Both the position numbers and the translations under genes were made by a program. Under the pieces are notes generated by a model. That model was not told where the DNA came from. It was given only the letters and a program-made list of their open reading frames with translations, and did not search any database. A stretch of 56,424 bases of DNA, counting the filler, from Jimgerdemannia flammicorona (lineage: Eukaryota), in assembly GCA_003990765.1 (NCBI GenBank). It is 2 parts of 2 records of this genome, joined end to end, with 100 filler letters (N's around TTAATTAATTAA, not from the genome) between each part and the next. Parts side by side here need not be neighbours in the genome. Positions count along the whole stretch, not along the records: positions 1 to 28,187 come from RBNJ01000580.1; 1 more part is not named here. One strand, written 5' to 3'. Shown here one piece after another: positions 12,814 through 24,563 of this stretch (within the stretch, counting starts at the first letter, position 1; every line of letters starts with the position of its first letter).

Positions 12814-14730
12814 ATGGACAGCAATGATCAAACTGGTGGGCGTACTGGCCAGGGGGGTGACAGTGCCTTTGGCTGGCAGCAGGTGGGGAGGAGGGGTGAT
12901 GGTTTGGGGATGCCAGAGGCCTCAATGACGAGTAGAGGTACTGGCAGTGGTGGAAGGGGTGGTCTGAGGCAGAGAGGAGGAGAGAGGTTGACCTTTGCTG
13001 ACAAGGTCAGAATGGGGCAGAATGGCTTCTGGGTTGGATGGTTGGCTGGGCTTGGGGAAGGCGTCGACGGCAGCTGCTGGGGGACAGGGAGGTGTGCCCA
13101 GGGGAGCCTCTGGTGGTAGGGTAGGAGCTGGAGTAGGGGCTGGAGATGGTGCTGTGACTGCTGATGGGGCTGTGACTGGGGATCTGGCAAAAAATCCAGA
13201 TGTGATGGCGGTTGGCAATTCAGGACTGGGAGCGGGCACGAGGCCCAGAGACCTGGCAGATGGCATGACAGGCATGGTGTCGGCCCCATTACTCAAGAAG
13301 TTGAGGTCAGAATTCACAGTCACTATGTGCTTCCGGGGCTTGGCAGTGATGGCGAGAATGATTTTGGGGCTGGTGGCGCAGGAGGCAAAGGGAGCAGCAT
13401 CAGTGAAGTTTTTGAAGGGAAAGGAGGGGGTTGAGGTGGGGTTTGAGGAGGAAGACGCCCTGTTGGTAGCCATGGAGAAGGGGGTGACGGTTGGTGGGGT
13501 TGTGGTCCCTATGGCTCGGTGCATGTGCTGGGACCCCCGGGTGGTGCAGTTGACGGTGTTGGATCTCCCGACTATGGCAAAGGAGAGGACCAGGGAGCTG
13601 GTTGTGGAGGTGATCAAGGAATTTGGAGAGATTGTGGACGTTGGGTTCAAGGTCTGGGAGGGCACGGTGCTGAGGACTGGTGACATTGATGTCAGGGTGA
13701 GGCTGTTTGGGAAGGAGAATATGGGAAAGTCGAGGGACTGACCAGCGACTCTGAGGTGGGGACCAGTGGAGTGTAAGGTCATGAGGGTGAAGGGGACTCA
13801 GGAGGAGGAGGAGGACCTGTTGGAGGCGCTGGAGGACCTGGAAGGGACAGTTGCAAGGAGGAGATTGGCCTGGAAGGAGTTTGTGGCCAGGACGGTGGTA
13901 GGGGAGGTGGATGGAAAGAGTGTCCGGATGGAGAAGGGGGCTTGGGAGAAGATGCAGGGAAGGAAAACTCAGAAGGAGCTGCTGGCGAGGTTGGGTGGGG
14001 ATAGGGCTGCTCAGGGGAGGTAGCTGCGGGGTTGCAGGAGAGCGCCTGGGCTGAGGGGGGAGGAATGGCCCAGGGCAGGGTGTAGATTGGAGTGGGGGAA
14101 GAGACGGGAGGCGAGTTGGAGGTGGATGCCGAAATGGGGGAGGGTGTGCACCCTCAGTATAGTGTCCCGGGCGGGGCTGAGGGGGAGGAGGAGCTGCTGG
14201 ATGTGCCAGATGAGGAGTGGGATGAGTCAGTGAGGAGGAGCACGCTGATGGACCCTGAGGTAGATGGGGGACAAATTGCTAAGGGTGCGGTGGAGATAGT
14301 GGATGAGGAGAAGTGGATGTGGAAGACCTTAGAAGGGGTCGCGGCTGAAGAGCTGGGGGGTGAGGACTTCCGGGTGATGGAAGAGAGGTATTGGGAGGAG
14401 ATCCTTCGAGGGGAGGAAGTGCCGAGGAAGATGAGGAATGAGATCCTGGCTGTCCTCCTGGAGTCGGTTGAATATCAAGTGGATGATCAGAGGGAGGAGG
14501 AGCTTCAGAAGATTGCAAGTGACAGGGCACTTTTCTTGTGGAACTCGAGGAAGGGACTGGAGAAGTGGCGCGCAGTCTGCTTGGACTACTGGTCAGATAT
14601 GGAGGTCGTGGATGGGGTGGAATGTCAGGAAATCTTGGAGGCATTGAATGCTCAGGCTATTGTAGAGGGCGACTTGGAATCTGAACGGTGCTTGGATCTG
14701 GCTGGGGATGAGATGAGCATGGAATATTAG
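12814..14730 (+). pseudogene. LINE ORF1 (RRM-like nucleic-acid-binding protein), frameshifted
   Basis: Pieces at 12814, 12995, 13766 and 14092 are collinear with copy-2 ORF1 (FADKV, APLLKKL.SEF, WDPRVVQL, VGFKVWEGT.LRTGD.DVR). Confidence 0.8.
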
Positions 14731-14761
14731 GTTGGGGTTGACAAATCAACATTCTTTCAAT

Positions 14762-17700
14762 ATGAACAGTACAACTAAGATATTCTCATTGAACGTTAAT
14801 GGGTTGTGGGGGGCAGCTAGGAGGAAGTTCATATTTGGATGGCTTAAGGGATTGGACGTGGACCTCTTCTTGTTACAGGATGTTCAATATGAGGAAGATG
14901 TGGACCTACAGGATTGGATGAAGGAATGGGGGGGCATGGCAGTTTGGAGGGGGAAAGTGTGTATTCTCGTTTGGAAAGGGATGGGGGACATTGTGGACAT
15001 TGGACATTGGGGGTCTCGGGTGGTGTGGGGTATGTGGAAGAGGCCTGGACAGGGCTCATTGACAGTTGGGTCTTGTTATTGCCCAGCTGAAAGAGGAGAG
15101 AGGGTGGATTAGATGTGCCATTTGAAAGAGGCTGGTGTATTAGGAGAGGTTGGCCTGGATTATATGGGGGGGGACTTCAACATGGTATGAGATAAGGCGG
15201 TGGATAGAACAGATGGTGGGAGAGGTGTGCAGGGCGAAAGTGTTGGGCTGGGTGAATGGCTGGAAATAGAGAGATTGTGTTTGTTAGTGGACTCAGGAAG
15301 ACACCTCTGGGCTGATCGGCAGGTGTACACCCACTGGGCAGCAGGGCTGGGCTCCAGGATAGACTGGGTTCTGATGGCAGAGTGTTGGGGTGCAGATGTC
15401 TGGTCGGTGCTGGAAGTGGTATGGTGTCCATGGTCTGATCACTGGGGGCTGCTTAGAGGGGGGAGGTTTGGGGGAAATGAGGATGGGCCTGGACATTGGC
15501 GGCTAAACTCTTCATTGTTGGAGGATAGGGTGGTGTGGGAGGGTTGGGAGATGGAGGTGGTTGGGAAGATCTGTAGGTGGTGGGAACAGGGCCTGGGGAT
15601 CAGAGACCGTTGGAGAAGACTGAAGGCAACTGCCCAGAGATACTGGAGGGAAGCAGGGAAAGGGAAGGGTACCCAGCGAAGGCAGAGGGTGCTGTGGGCC
15701 TCACAGCGTCTGACAGCTCTCTTGGGGAGATGGGCAGGTGTGCTGGAAGATGGGGACATTACTGATTGGCATATTGTGAGAATCCGACGTGAGGTCAAAG
15801 AGCTTACTGGAGTGTTACGAAAGGAGGAGGAGGTGGAGCTGCAGGGGATAGTGGCCTGCTTGTGGTGGCAGGGGCTGGAGGAAGGGGAGAGGCCTACTAG
15901 ATTTTTATTGAGGATGTTACAAGCACGACAAACAAGGCAGTGATGGGAAGGGGTTCTGGACGCGAACGGTGAGCTGGTGGTGGGATTGCCGGCAATTCTG
16001 GGCCTATTGAGAGATCGGTGGGGGAATTTGTAGAGTGAGGAGGAGGGAGGAATGGATGCTCTGGACATTGAGAGGCAGCTGGGGGATTGGCACCCAGACC
16101 CTGCGATGGGGCTTGGGACATTAGGGGACCCAGTGTGTGGTGAGGAAATTCGCAGAGTTATGGCCTCAATGAGTAAAGGGACTGCCCCAGGAGAGGATGG
16201 GCTTCCCTGGGATTTTTGGCAGAGAATGGCTGGAGTTGATGAGGCGCTAGAGGAAATGACTGCTATGTGTGATGAAGTTCTTTGGTCTGGTGCCTGGATT
16301 GGGGGACAGCGCTTAGGGCTAGTCTCCTTGCTCTACAAGAACAAGGGGAGGTGAGAGGACTGGAAGAACTGGCAGCCTATTATGCTTCTCGACATGGACT
16401 GCAAATTGGTGACCAAGATCTTAGTGATGAGGCTGCAAGGCATTGCTCAACAGGTGCTTGGTGTGGAGCAGCATGGGTTTGTTGGTGGTCAGTTGATTCG
16501 AGATGGGACAGCTTGGGTTCATGGAGTAATTGAAGGTACCCGGGCGGCAGGGGTTGATGGACGTCTGGTGTTTCTGGACCAGGAGAAGGCTTATGATAGA
16601 GTGCAGAGGATATGGCTGGAGGGGGTGCTGAAATGGATTGGTATCCCCCCAGGGTTCTGAGGTTCTTTGATCAGTCTCTTGGAGGACAGTCAGGCGGCAT
16701 TGGTTGTTAATGGTCACAGGGGGGTGACTTTTCCCCTGGGCCGTGGGGTGCCCCAAGGGGACCCTCTGTCACCCATATTGTATGCCCTTTCTCTGGAGCC
16801 TCTACTGGACAGAATTCGGCACCGAATTGGGGGTTTGGACATTTTAGGGGTGAATTGGAAGGTGGGGGCCTTTGCTGATGACATGGTGGTCGGGCTGGGC
16901 TCCCTGGTGAATGTAGGGGAGTTACAGGGTTCTGTGGAATGGTATGAGAGGGGCTCTGGTGCCAAGTTGAACTGGCACAAGTGTGAGACTCTGGTGCTAG
17001 GTGAGGGAATTGTTGGTGGTGAGATCATTGGGACGGTGGTACCTGCTGGAGAACCGGTGCGATATTTGGGGATCCACTTTTCGGTGTTCGGCTCTCTTCT
17101 TCCCCGGGCATGGTGGGATCGTCAACTATTGGAGTGGGGAAATGTTCTGCTGCATTGGAGAGGCCGGCATATGTCCCTAGCTGGAAGGGTGATGGTACTG
17201 AATGTGTATTGGATGCCGAAGCTGTGGTATGTGGGTTATCATTTGGACTTCCTAACTTGGGTGGTCAAGGGGCTGTTAAAGATAGCGAGGTCATGGATCT
17301 GGGGAGGGAGGCGGAGCCAGGTCGGGTGGGAGGTGCTCACACTGCCCTTGGAAAGAGATGGGCTGGGCTTAGTGGACTTTACTAAGTGGCTCCTATGCCT
17401 TCGAGCTTGGTGGTTGAGGAGGGCGAGTGAGCTTTGTGGTCGGGAGTGGGTGCCACTCATGCAGTGGTTGTGGGAGGTTCGGTATTCCCCACGTGGTGAC
17501 TTGGGTGACCTGCTCATGATGGTGGCCATGGCGGGGAGCGGGAGGATGCAGTTTACGGGCTTCTGGTGGGGGGTGGTAGATAGTGCTAAGAAGATTGGAC
17601 TTCGATTGGACTTCGATGGCGTGGTGATGAAGCTGAGGAGGATTGGGGACCACGGATGTGGCGGTGGGACAGGTTGCTATTGGGTGGTGTTCTGGTGGAG

Positions 17701-18234
17701 GACTTTCAGCTCGGCAAGGGTCTGGAGTGTCTGTGAGGCCTAGGGGGAGACCTGTGGCCTGAAGCCTGGCAGAGGGTTGGAATTGGTGAGGAGTGGGACT
17801 AGAATGGTCTATGGCTCTAGAGCAAAAGGGTGAGGCAGTGGCTGCCCCCCAAGTTCTGGGTGGTATGGTGGTATGTCCTATGGCGGAATGTGATGTTGAA
17901 CTATTGGTCTGGGCACTTGGTGGACGGTGGAGTATTTGAGTACAAGGAGTGTTGCAATGTTGGCCAGCAGGGAGGCGTGGTACAAACGCCTGAACATTGG
18001 CTTGGTGAATGTGAGGTTTTGGAAGAGTTCTGGAGTGGTATTGGGAACCAAGTGGGGCTGAGTGCTCTGGAGGGAGAGGGAGGGGGGAGATGGGGAGAGC
18101 TCCGCCAGTGACTGGTGGGTGGAGTTGGAGACGAGTGGCTGACCCTTGGGTGGGCTTTGGCTGTGTGGGTCGGGGTGGCAGGACATTGGGTTCATGTGTT
18201 TGAGGAAGGACGTCTGGTTGGGGCTGGGGAAAAG
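14762..18234 (+). pseudogene. LINE ORF2 (AP endonuclease + RT + CCHC), disrupted
   Basis: SLNVNG, LQD, GGDFN, SRIDW, WSDH; APGEDGLP, LDQEKAYDRV, GVPQGDPLSP, FADD, RYLGI; PEHWLGEC. Confidence 0.92.
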
Positions 18235-18407
18235 ATCTGCTAAGTAAGACTAATAATATTTTGTTGTAGAATACTTGGGAGAGAGTACAGAGAAGTAGTA
18301 ATTGTTTATTAAGAGCTTATATACTCTTATACATATTAATAGTATTTATATGATAATATAGTCAGACTGGATCACTATATATCAAGTTGCTATAACTAAG
18401 ATATTTC

Positions 18408-21400
18408 AACAGAATTGAGCTTCATTTATAAGACAGGTTACATCTCCTTCAGATATTCTGAGAAGAGAAATAGAAACTTATCAGACTAATCTATATTCTT
18501 AGCTAAGTTCTTTACTACTGGAACTGCTGATTTTGCAATTATTCTTAGGATTCTTAGATATTGGTCATAATTTAAAAAGAATAGAGTCATCTTTATAGAA
18601 GTTTGCTGACTATTGTTATAGGTAAACTCAGTATAGACTAGATACTTATTCTAATATTTTGCTTATATATATATAATGACAAAAGATACTAAGTATCTAC
18701 TTGAGAGTTCTCTTGGTATACTTGATCTGACCATCAGTCTGGAGGTGATAGGCTGTAGAAAACATCAGTTTAGTAATATAGAGTATAAAGAATATCTTCT
18801 GGAAATTGCTTATGAACTTAGCATTATAGTCAGATATCATAGTACTAGACATACTATATATATAGACTGAATACTTAGTTAAAAAAGATTTCTGCAATCT
18901 CAGGAGCTTTAGCAGTAGTCTTGGTAGATATAAAATGAGTTTATTTACTTAAACAATCTACAAACACTACAATAGCATCTCATTCTACTATGATCTTGAG
19001 TAGCTAGATATTGTAATCTGGTCTCAGTTATGACTAGAGATAGGTAGAGATAGTAAGAGATATACTGATATATAACTTATTACCACTCTTGAATCTTTGA
19101 TACATCTTATATAAGACTAAGAAGATCTTAATATTCTTAGTTATCTTCGACTAATAGAATTTGTTGAAAGAAGATTATAGGTCTTTTTGAAACCAAAGTA
19201 TTCTATAACAGGAGTATTATAAAGTTTCTGCATTATTTTGAGTTACAGAGATTATTCTTAAGTACTACTATTCTATTATAGTTTCTATAAATGAGGCTTT
19301 TATAATAGGTGAATCTTTTGACTATCTTTTTCATAGATTCGAAGACCTCAGTCTCAGGGTTTTCATAGAGCTAGAGAAATTTCAACAGAGAGCTGTCTTA
19401 TAGGTAGCCATCTTTGATAAGCTTAGTAAGATTACCAATTACTTCAATTGTAAAGACAAGGTTATCCTCTATATATCTGAAGAAACTATCAACCAAACAG
19501 TTGGTTTTTTCAAAGATATACTTAATTTCTATATTAAAGAGAATAATGTTTTCTATCTAATAGATTTATCTGTAGGTTAGTATAGACTATATATAAATAT
19601 ACTATAGAGTATAATGATCAGTACAAGCTATAAATAACTATCTTAAGAGAAAATAACACTATTTCTAAAGTATAGTAACAATGGCCAGGAGTTTCTTCAT
19701 ATAGATAATATATTGGATTTCTACTAGTTTGAGCTTCTGAGAGAGGTAGGCCACTGGAGAGTCTTCTTGACTGAATATTATCTCAATAGCAATATTAGAG
19801 ATATCAATAATCAGTGGAAATACACTGGTAGAGTCTGGTGCAATTAGTATAGAGATCTCAATAAGAAGTCTCTTAAGGTAGTCTATAGTCTTAGTATAAT
19901 TTGATCCTGATGTTTACTCCTTTATAGACTGGGGCAGTAATTGCAGAGTATTTCTAGATGAATCTCCAGTAATATCCTATAATACTCGGGAAGTATCAGA
20001 GTAGCTTGAGAGTAATAGAGATAAAAATATCCTAGAGATCTAATATCTTCAAGAGACTATATTGATCCTTTTGGTAGAGATGATATATTTTAGATATTTA
20101 ACCTAGTTTTGATAGAACTTATATTTACTTAACTTAATATAGAGTTAGTATTCTTGTAATAGAATTAATATCTGTCTGAGGTTAGTATAGTGTAGTTCTA
20201 CTATTTTACTATAGATTAGTATATTATTAATATATACTAAGATATAAATATTGAACAATAGTTCAAAGATATTATTTATTAGATTTTAGAAGATTACTTA
20301 TATATTAGTTAAGTCAAAAGATATAACTCAGAACTGATAGTATTTAAAATATATTTAGAAAGCTGTCTTTTCAATATTTTTCTCATTAATGAGAATCTGA
20401 TAGTAACTATTGTAGAAAAAAAGTCTTGGCCTTGAAGATTTGGTATAATAACTCATAAATTCTAAGCAGAATATATTAGTTCTTAATAGTGATCTTATTG
20501 AGAGCTCTGTAGTCAATATATATTTACAGAGAGCTATTCGTCTTCTTAATAAATAGAATAGAAACTTGAAATCAGAAATAGCTAGGTTCAATATATTCTT
20601 AGAGTAGTAATTTAGTCAGCTCAACTTTGAGGATCTTGAGTTCTAATTTGACCAGCTGATAGAACTCTTATAAAGCAGTTTAGATCCTGAGATAAGATTA
20701 ATTTCATATTAGATTTAGTACTTAGGTAGAAGTCCTTTAAATTTCTGAAATATATCTTAGAATTTCTCAAACAGTTCTTGGTTCTCTAGTAGTACTAAGT
20801 TGCTTAAGACATCAGTGACTTCTTATACTATATAGATATAGTAGGTATTTCTCTTCTTATAGAAGAGTTTCATTATCTAAATAGAAGAGATAATCTCAAT
20901 TTCTTAATAGTTCCTACCCTTCTGAGACATCAGAGTAATCTTTCAATCTTCATAAATCAGATTAACCTCATTGGTTCTCTAGTTAATATCTGGATTATAC
21001 TGAGTCAATCAAACTTTTCTTAAAATAATATCATATCCTTAAAGATCTATGATATTAAAGTCTAACTTTTCTTGATATTTGTCAATTTTAAGCAATAGGT
21101 TCTTGCTAATTTACATCAATAGTGCAGACTTACTATTATAAAAAAGATGGCTTTTCTTTTCTCAATAGCTAGCCTTTTTTGGACTTAAATCTGTCTGACA
21201 GTCTTAGTGCTAATATAGTTTTCAATAGTATTACTTTCTAGTAAGATATTGTCATCTTGTCTATAGACTTGCCCTGTGAATCTAATATAACTGTCTTCTT
21301 TCTTGATAGTATTGAGCTCTTCATCATCATTATTCCAATTGTCCTAATTATTGTCAGTCTCCTTGAAATCAGTCTCTCTATATTCTTTACCAGAGGTGTG

Positions 21401-22406
21401 GTCTAGTTTAGGTTCCTCAGTCTATTGGGTTTAATATCTCTTTGATTTGATTTTGAAAATCTTAGAGAGATATATATAGTATTTACTAATATATTTCATA
21501 TAATATATTTAGATAGAATGAGGGCATCATCTATATAATATTTAAATATCTATAATTCTTTTATATCAGTAATTATTATTATCTTTTTTTATAATAGTAA
21601 CTTTTTGGTTTAGAGGTTTGTTGATAGATCTAAACTCTTTCCAGCTACAGTATATCTGAGTAAGTTCAGAGACTTCTTTGATGGGAGATGTTAATAGATT
21701 TCTTTAATAATAGTCTGAGTAATTCTTTGGCCTACTTTTACTTCAACTGATATATTATCAAAATTTTACAAGATGATATTGATTTCTTTAGTGAAGTCTT
21801 GGTCAATAACTCCTCTTCCTAGACCAATGTTGAATTCTTTGACTAGGTGGCTTTATTTAGTAAGATAAATATATATTTCTTTGAGAGCTTATATTGTAAT
21901 TTCAGTACATACTGTAGCTTTGATACTTGGTGAAATTGTGAGATCCTGACTATTGTAGAGATTATATCCAATATCAGTAGGATATATCTTGATAGAGATA
22001 GTAGCTTTATATTATACTTTTATTACTTTAATGATATTTTCAGAGCATTTTTCTCCTGGGCCTTCTTTAATAACTATAATGGTCTAGTTATTCTGATCTT
22101 ATATAAATGACAAAAGATGCCCTCACTAAGTACAAGACTACCAGACTAAGTATGCTAACTTGAAGCAAAGAGATATCTCCTATAATATTGGCAACATAGT
22201 TATACTTTAAACAAATTATCTTTATCTAGATATCTTAGTCCAGCAATTATTCAAGATGTCTCATATCAGAAGAATTAGACTATATATATCAGAATGTGGA
22301 AAAAATTAGTAAAGTCAACTATAAGCTATAACTCTCTTATAATATCTGAGTTTACTTTGTATTCTATTTTAGTTAATTGGTAGAAAACTATAAAAACCTA
22401 TTCTCT
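18408..22406. mobile_element. Gypsy element B (family of A), heavily decayed, internally inverted
   Basis: Plus strand has a knuckle remnant (~18410-18490) and integrase C-terminus (22092-22400). Minus strand 18493-22091 has dUTPase, protease, RT, RNase H and integrase core (STAYHLQTDGQ; EFTYNNSQQTS). Confidence 0.75.
21620..22030 (-). pseudogene. dUTPase domain in Gypsy B
   Basis: PTDIGYNLYNSQDLTISP...SHLVKEFNIGLGRGVIDQDFTKEI; aligns with 530-950. Confidence 0.75.
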
Positions 22407-22504
22407 GAGCATACAGTTTTACCAGGGTGAGCCTGTACAATTCGCATTACACAAAACTTCAAGCAACGGTTTTCGACACAACTAGGAGAAAAGGTACTAT
22501 CAAT

Positions 22505-24532
22505 ATGTCATTGAGCAAGAGTTCCGACGGGTGTACTGGGTCGGGGGGAGCTGGGGCTTTTGGCTGGCAGAAGGTGGGGAGGGGTTATGACCTGGGGATG
22601 GGGGCCTTTGGAGGGTCGAAGGTGGGAGAAGGCGCTGGAGGTGGACTGGTGTCTGGTGGATCTGGAGGAGGAGCTGGGCCCTCCAGCTTTGCTGACAAGG
22701 TGAAGGCAGGTGGATGGCCTGCTGGGCCAAGGGCTGGCACTGCTGAAGGGAAGGGCAAGGCTAGTGTCAGGTGGGGGAGTGGCCCTCAGAGGGGAGCGGC
22801 AAGCGTAGGGGATAGTGGTGCTGTGGCTGGGGGTGTGACTGCTGATGGGGGTGTGACAGGGGATCAGGAAAAAAAAAGAGATGTGACAGCTGATAGGGGA
22901 GTGGGACAGGGGTTCCCGATGAAGAAGGGGGACCTGGCCAATGGTGTGATGGGGCTGGCGGTGGCACCGTTACTCAAGAAATTAATTTCGGAGTTTGCAG
23001 TGACACTGTGCTTCCGAGGCTTAGGGGTGACAGCGAGGATGGTCTTGGGGCTTATCTCGAAGCAGGTGGCTGGGGCAGCTTCAGTAAAGTTCCTGAAGGG
23101 TCTGGAGGGAGTCGAGGTGGGCTTTGAGGAGGTGGGTCTACTGGAGGAGGCACTGAGGGCTGGAGTGGCAGTTGGGGAGGTGGTGGTCCCCATGGTACGC
23201 GGTTTGAGGTGGGACCCCAGGGTGGTGCAGCTGCTGGTGAAGGGGGTGCCCACAGTGACGAAGGAGGAGACAAGGAGGAGGGTAGAGGAGGTGATGGTGG
23301 AGTATGGGGATGTGGTAGATGTTGGCTTCCAAGTATGGGAGGGGACGATGATTAGGACAGGCGATGTTGATGTCAGGATTCGGCTGGCAGGGAGGGAGGC
23401 CACAGGGAAGACAGGTGATTGGCCCTCAGTGCTGATGTGGGGGGCATTTATCTGTAAGGTGTCGAGGGTGAAGGGGAGTGAGGAGGAGGAGGAGGATCTG
23501 TTGGAAGCGTTGGAGGAGATGAGTGGTGCAGTGGAATGGTGGGCAAAGGCCTGGAAGCTCTATGAGGAGTCGACGCACCTGGCGATTGTGGATGGGAAGC
23601 GTATCCGCACTGACAAGAAGCAGTGGGAGCGGGCCCAGGGGCGCTTGAGGCAGAGGGAGCTCTTGGCGAGTATGACAGGAGGGGAGAAGAGGAAGGTGGT
23701 TGGGGCCGAGGAGTCTGGAGGCGTCAAAGCCAGTGTATGGGCTAGCGAAGGAGGAAAGGAGGCAGTGGTGACAGAAGAATGGACTGCGAAGGTGCTGGGC
23801 AAGGATCCCTATGCAGATGGTACTTTCGAGGTTTGGGAGGAGGAGTTGGATAGTACCCCCCCCCCACTTGTCAGAAGGGGCCCGGTGGGGCAGCGAGGGG
23901 CAGAAGAAGACGTACTGATGCAGGGGGCCCAGAGGGTTACTTTTGGAGTCCCGGATGTGGCGAAAGAGGACCAGGTGGTGGCGGTTGGTGAGGACAAGCT
24001 GGTGGATGTCCCGGAGGAGGAGTGGAATGAGGATGTCAGTGTGGGTGCTGATACTATGATGTTGGATGCAGGGCGACCAGGGACCCCTGGAGGGAAGGAG
24101 ATTGGAAATCTGCTGTGGATGAACAAGGTGATGGATAACCTTGCAGTGGAGGCATTGGGGGAAGTGGATCTGAGGACCATGCCGGAGGAGCACTGGGCAC
24201 AGCTTCTGCGAGGTGATGGAGTGGAGGGGGCGCTGAAGGGGGAGATTCTTGCGATCTTACTGGAAGAGGAGGGTTATGAGGTGGATGAGGTGAGGAAGGC
24301 AGAGTTGGTAGTTGTCGCAGGTGAGTGGGCAGCCTACTGTTGGGCAGAACGCCATGGTTTGCAGTTCTGGTAGGAGGCCTGTGGGGAGTATCGGGAGGAC
24401 TTTGAGGAGAAAGAGGATGGGGCAATGGTTGCACTTCTGGAGGGGTTGGAGGCGCAGGAAGCTGAGAAGAAGGAACTGGCTGCGGAACACATCTTGGATT
24501 TAGCACAGGAGGGCTTGCATGAGGATTTGTAG
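22505..24532 (+). pseudogene. LINE ORF1 with one internal stop (24371-24373)
   Basis: Long open frame MSLSKSSDG...; RRM-like VVQLLVKGVP...EYGDVVDV...IRTGDVDVRIRL; continues in frame after the TAG to 24532. Confidence 0.8.
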
Positions 24533-24563
24533 AGGAGAGGTTTCATCTTTAACATTATTCCTC

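Larger units (their letters stand above)
12739..18234 (+). mobile_element. L1/Tx1-like LINE copy 1, 3'-truncated, no poly(A)
   Basis: ORF1 plus APE-RT-CCHC ORF2, flanked by perfect 15-bp ATCTGCTAAGTAAGA at 12724-12738 and 18235-18249. Confidence 0.9.

Noticed and set aside
12492..18442. Apparent LTR TGTCAC...GTTACA split by LINE copy 1
   Set aside because: TGTCAC is part of a TSD inside LTR C, and GTTACA lies in the decayed zinc-knuckle codons of element B.
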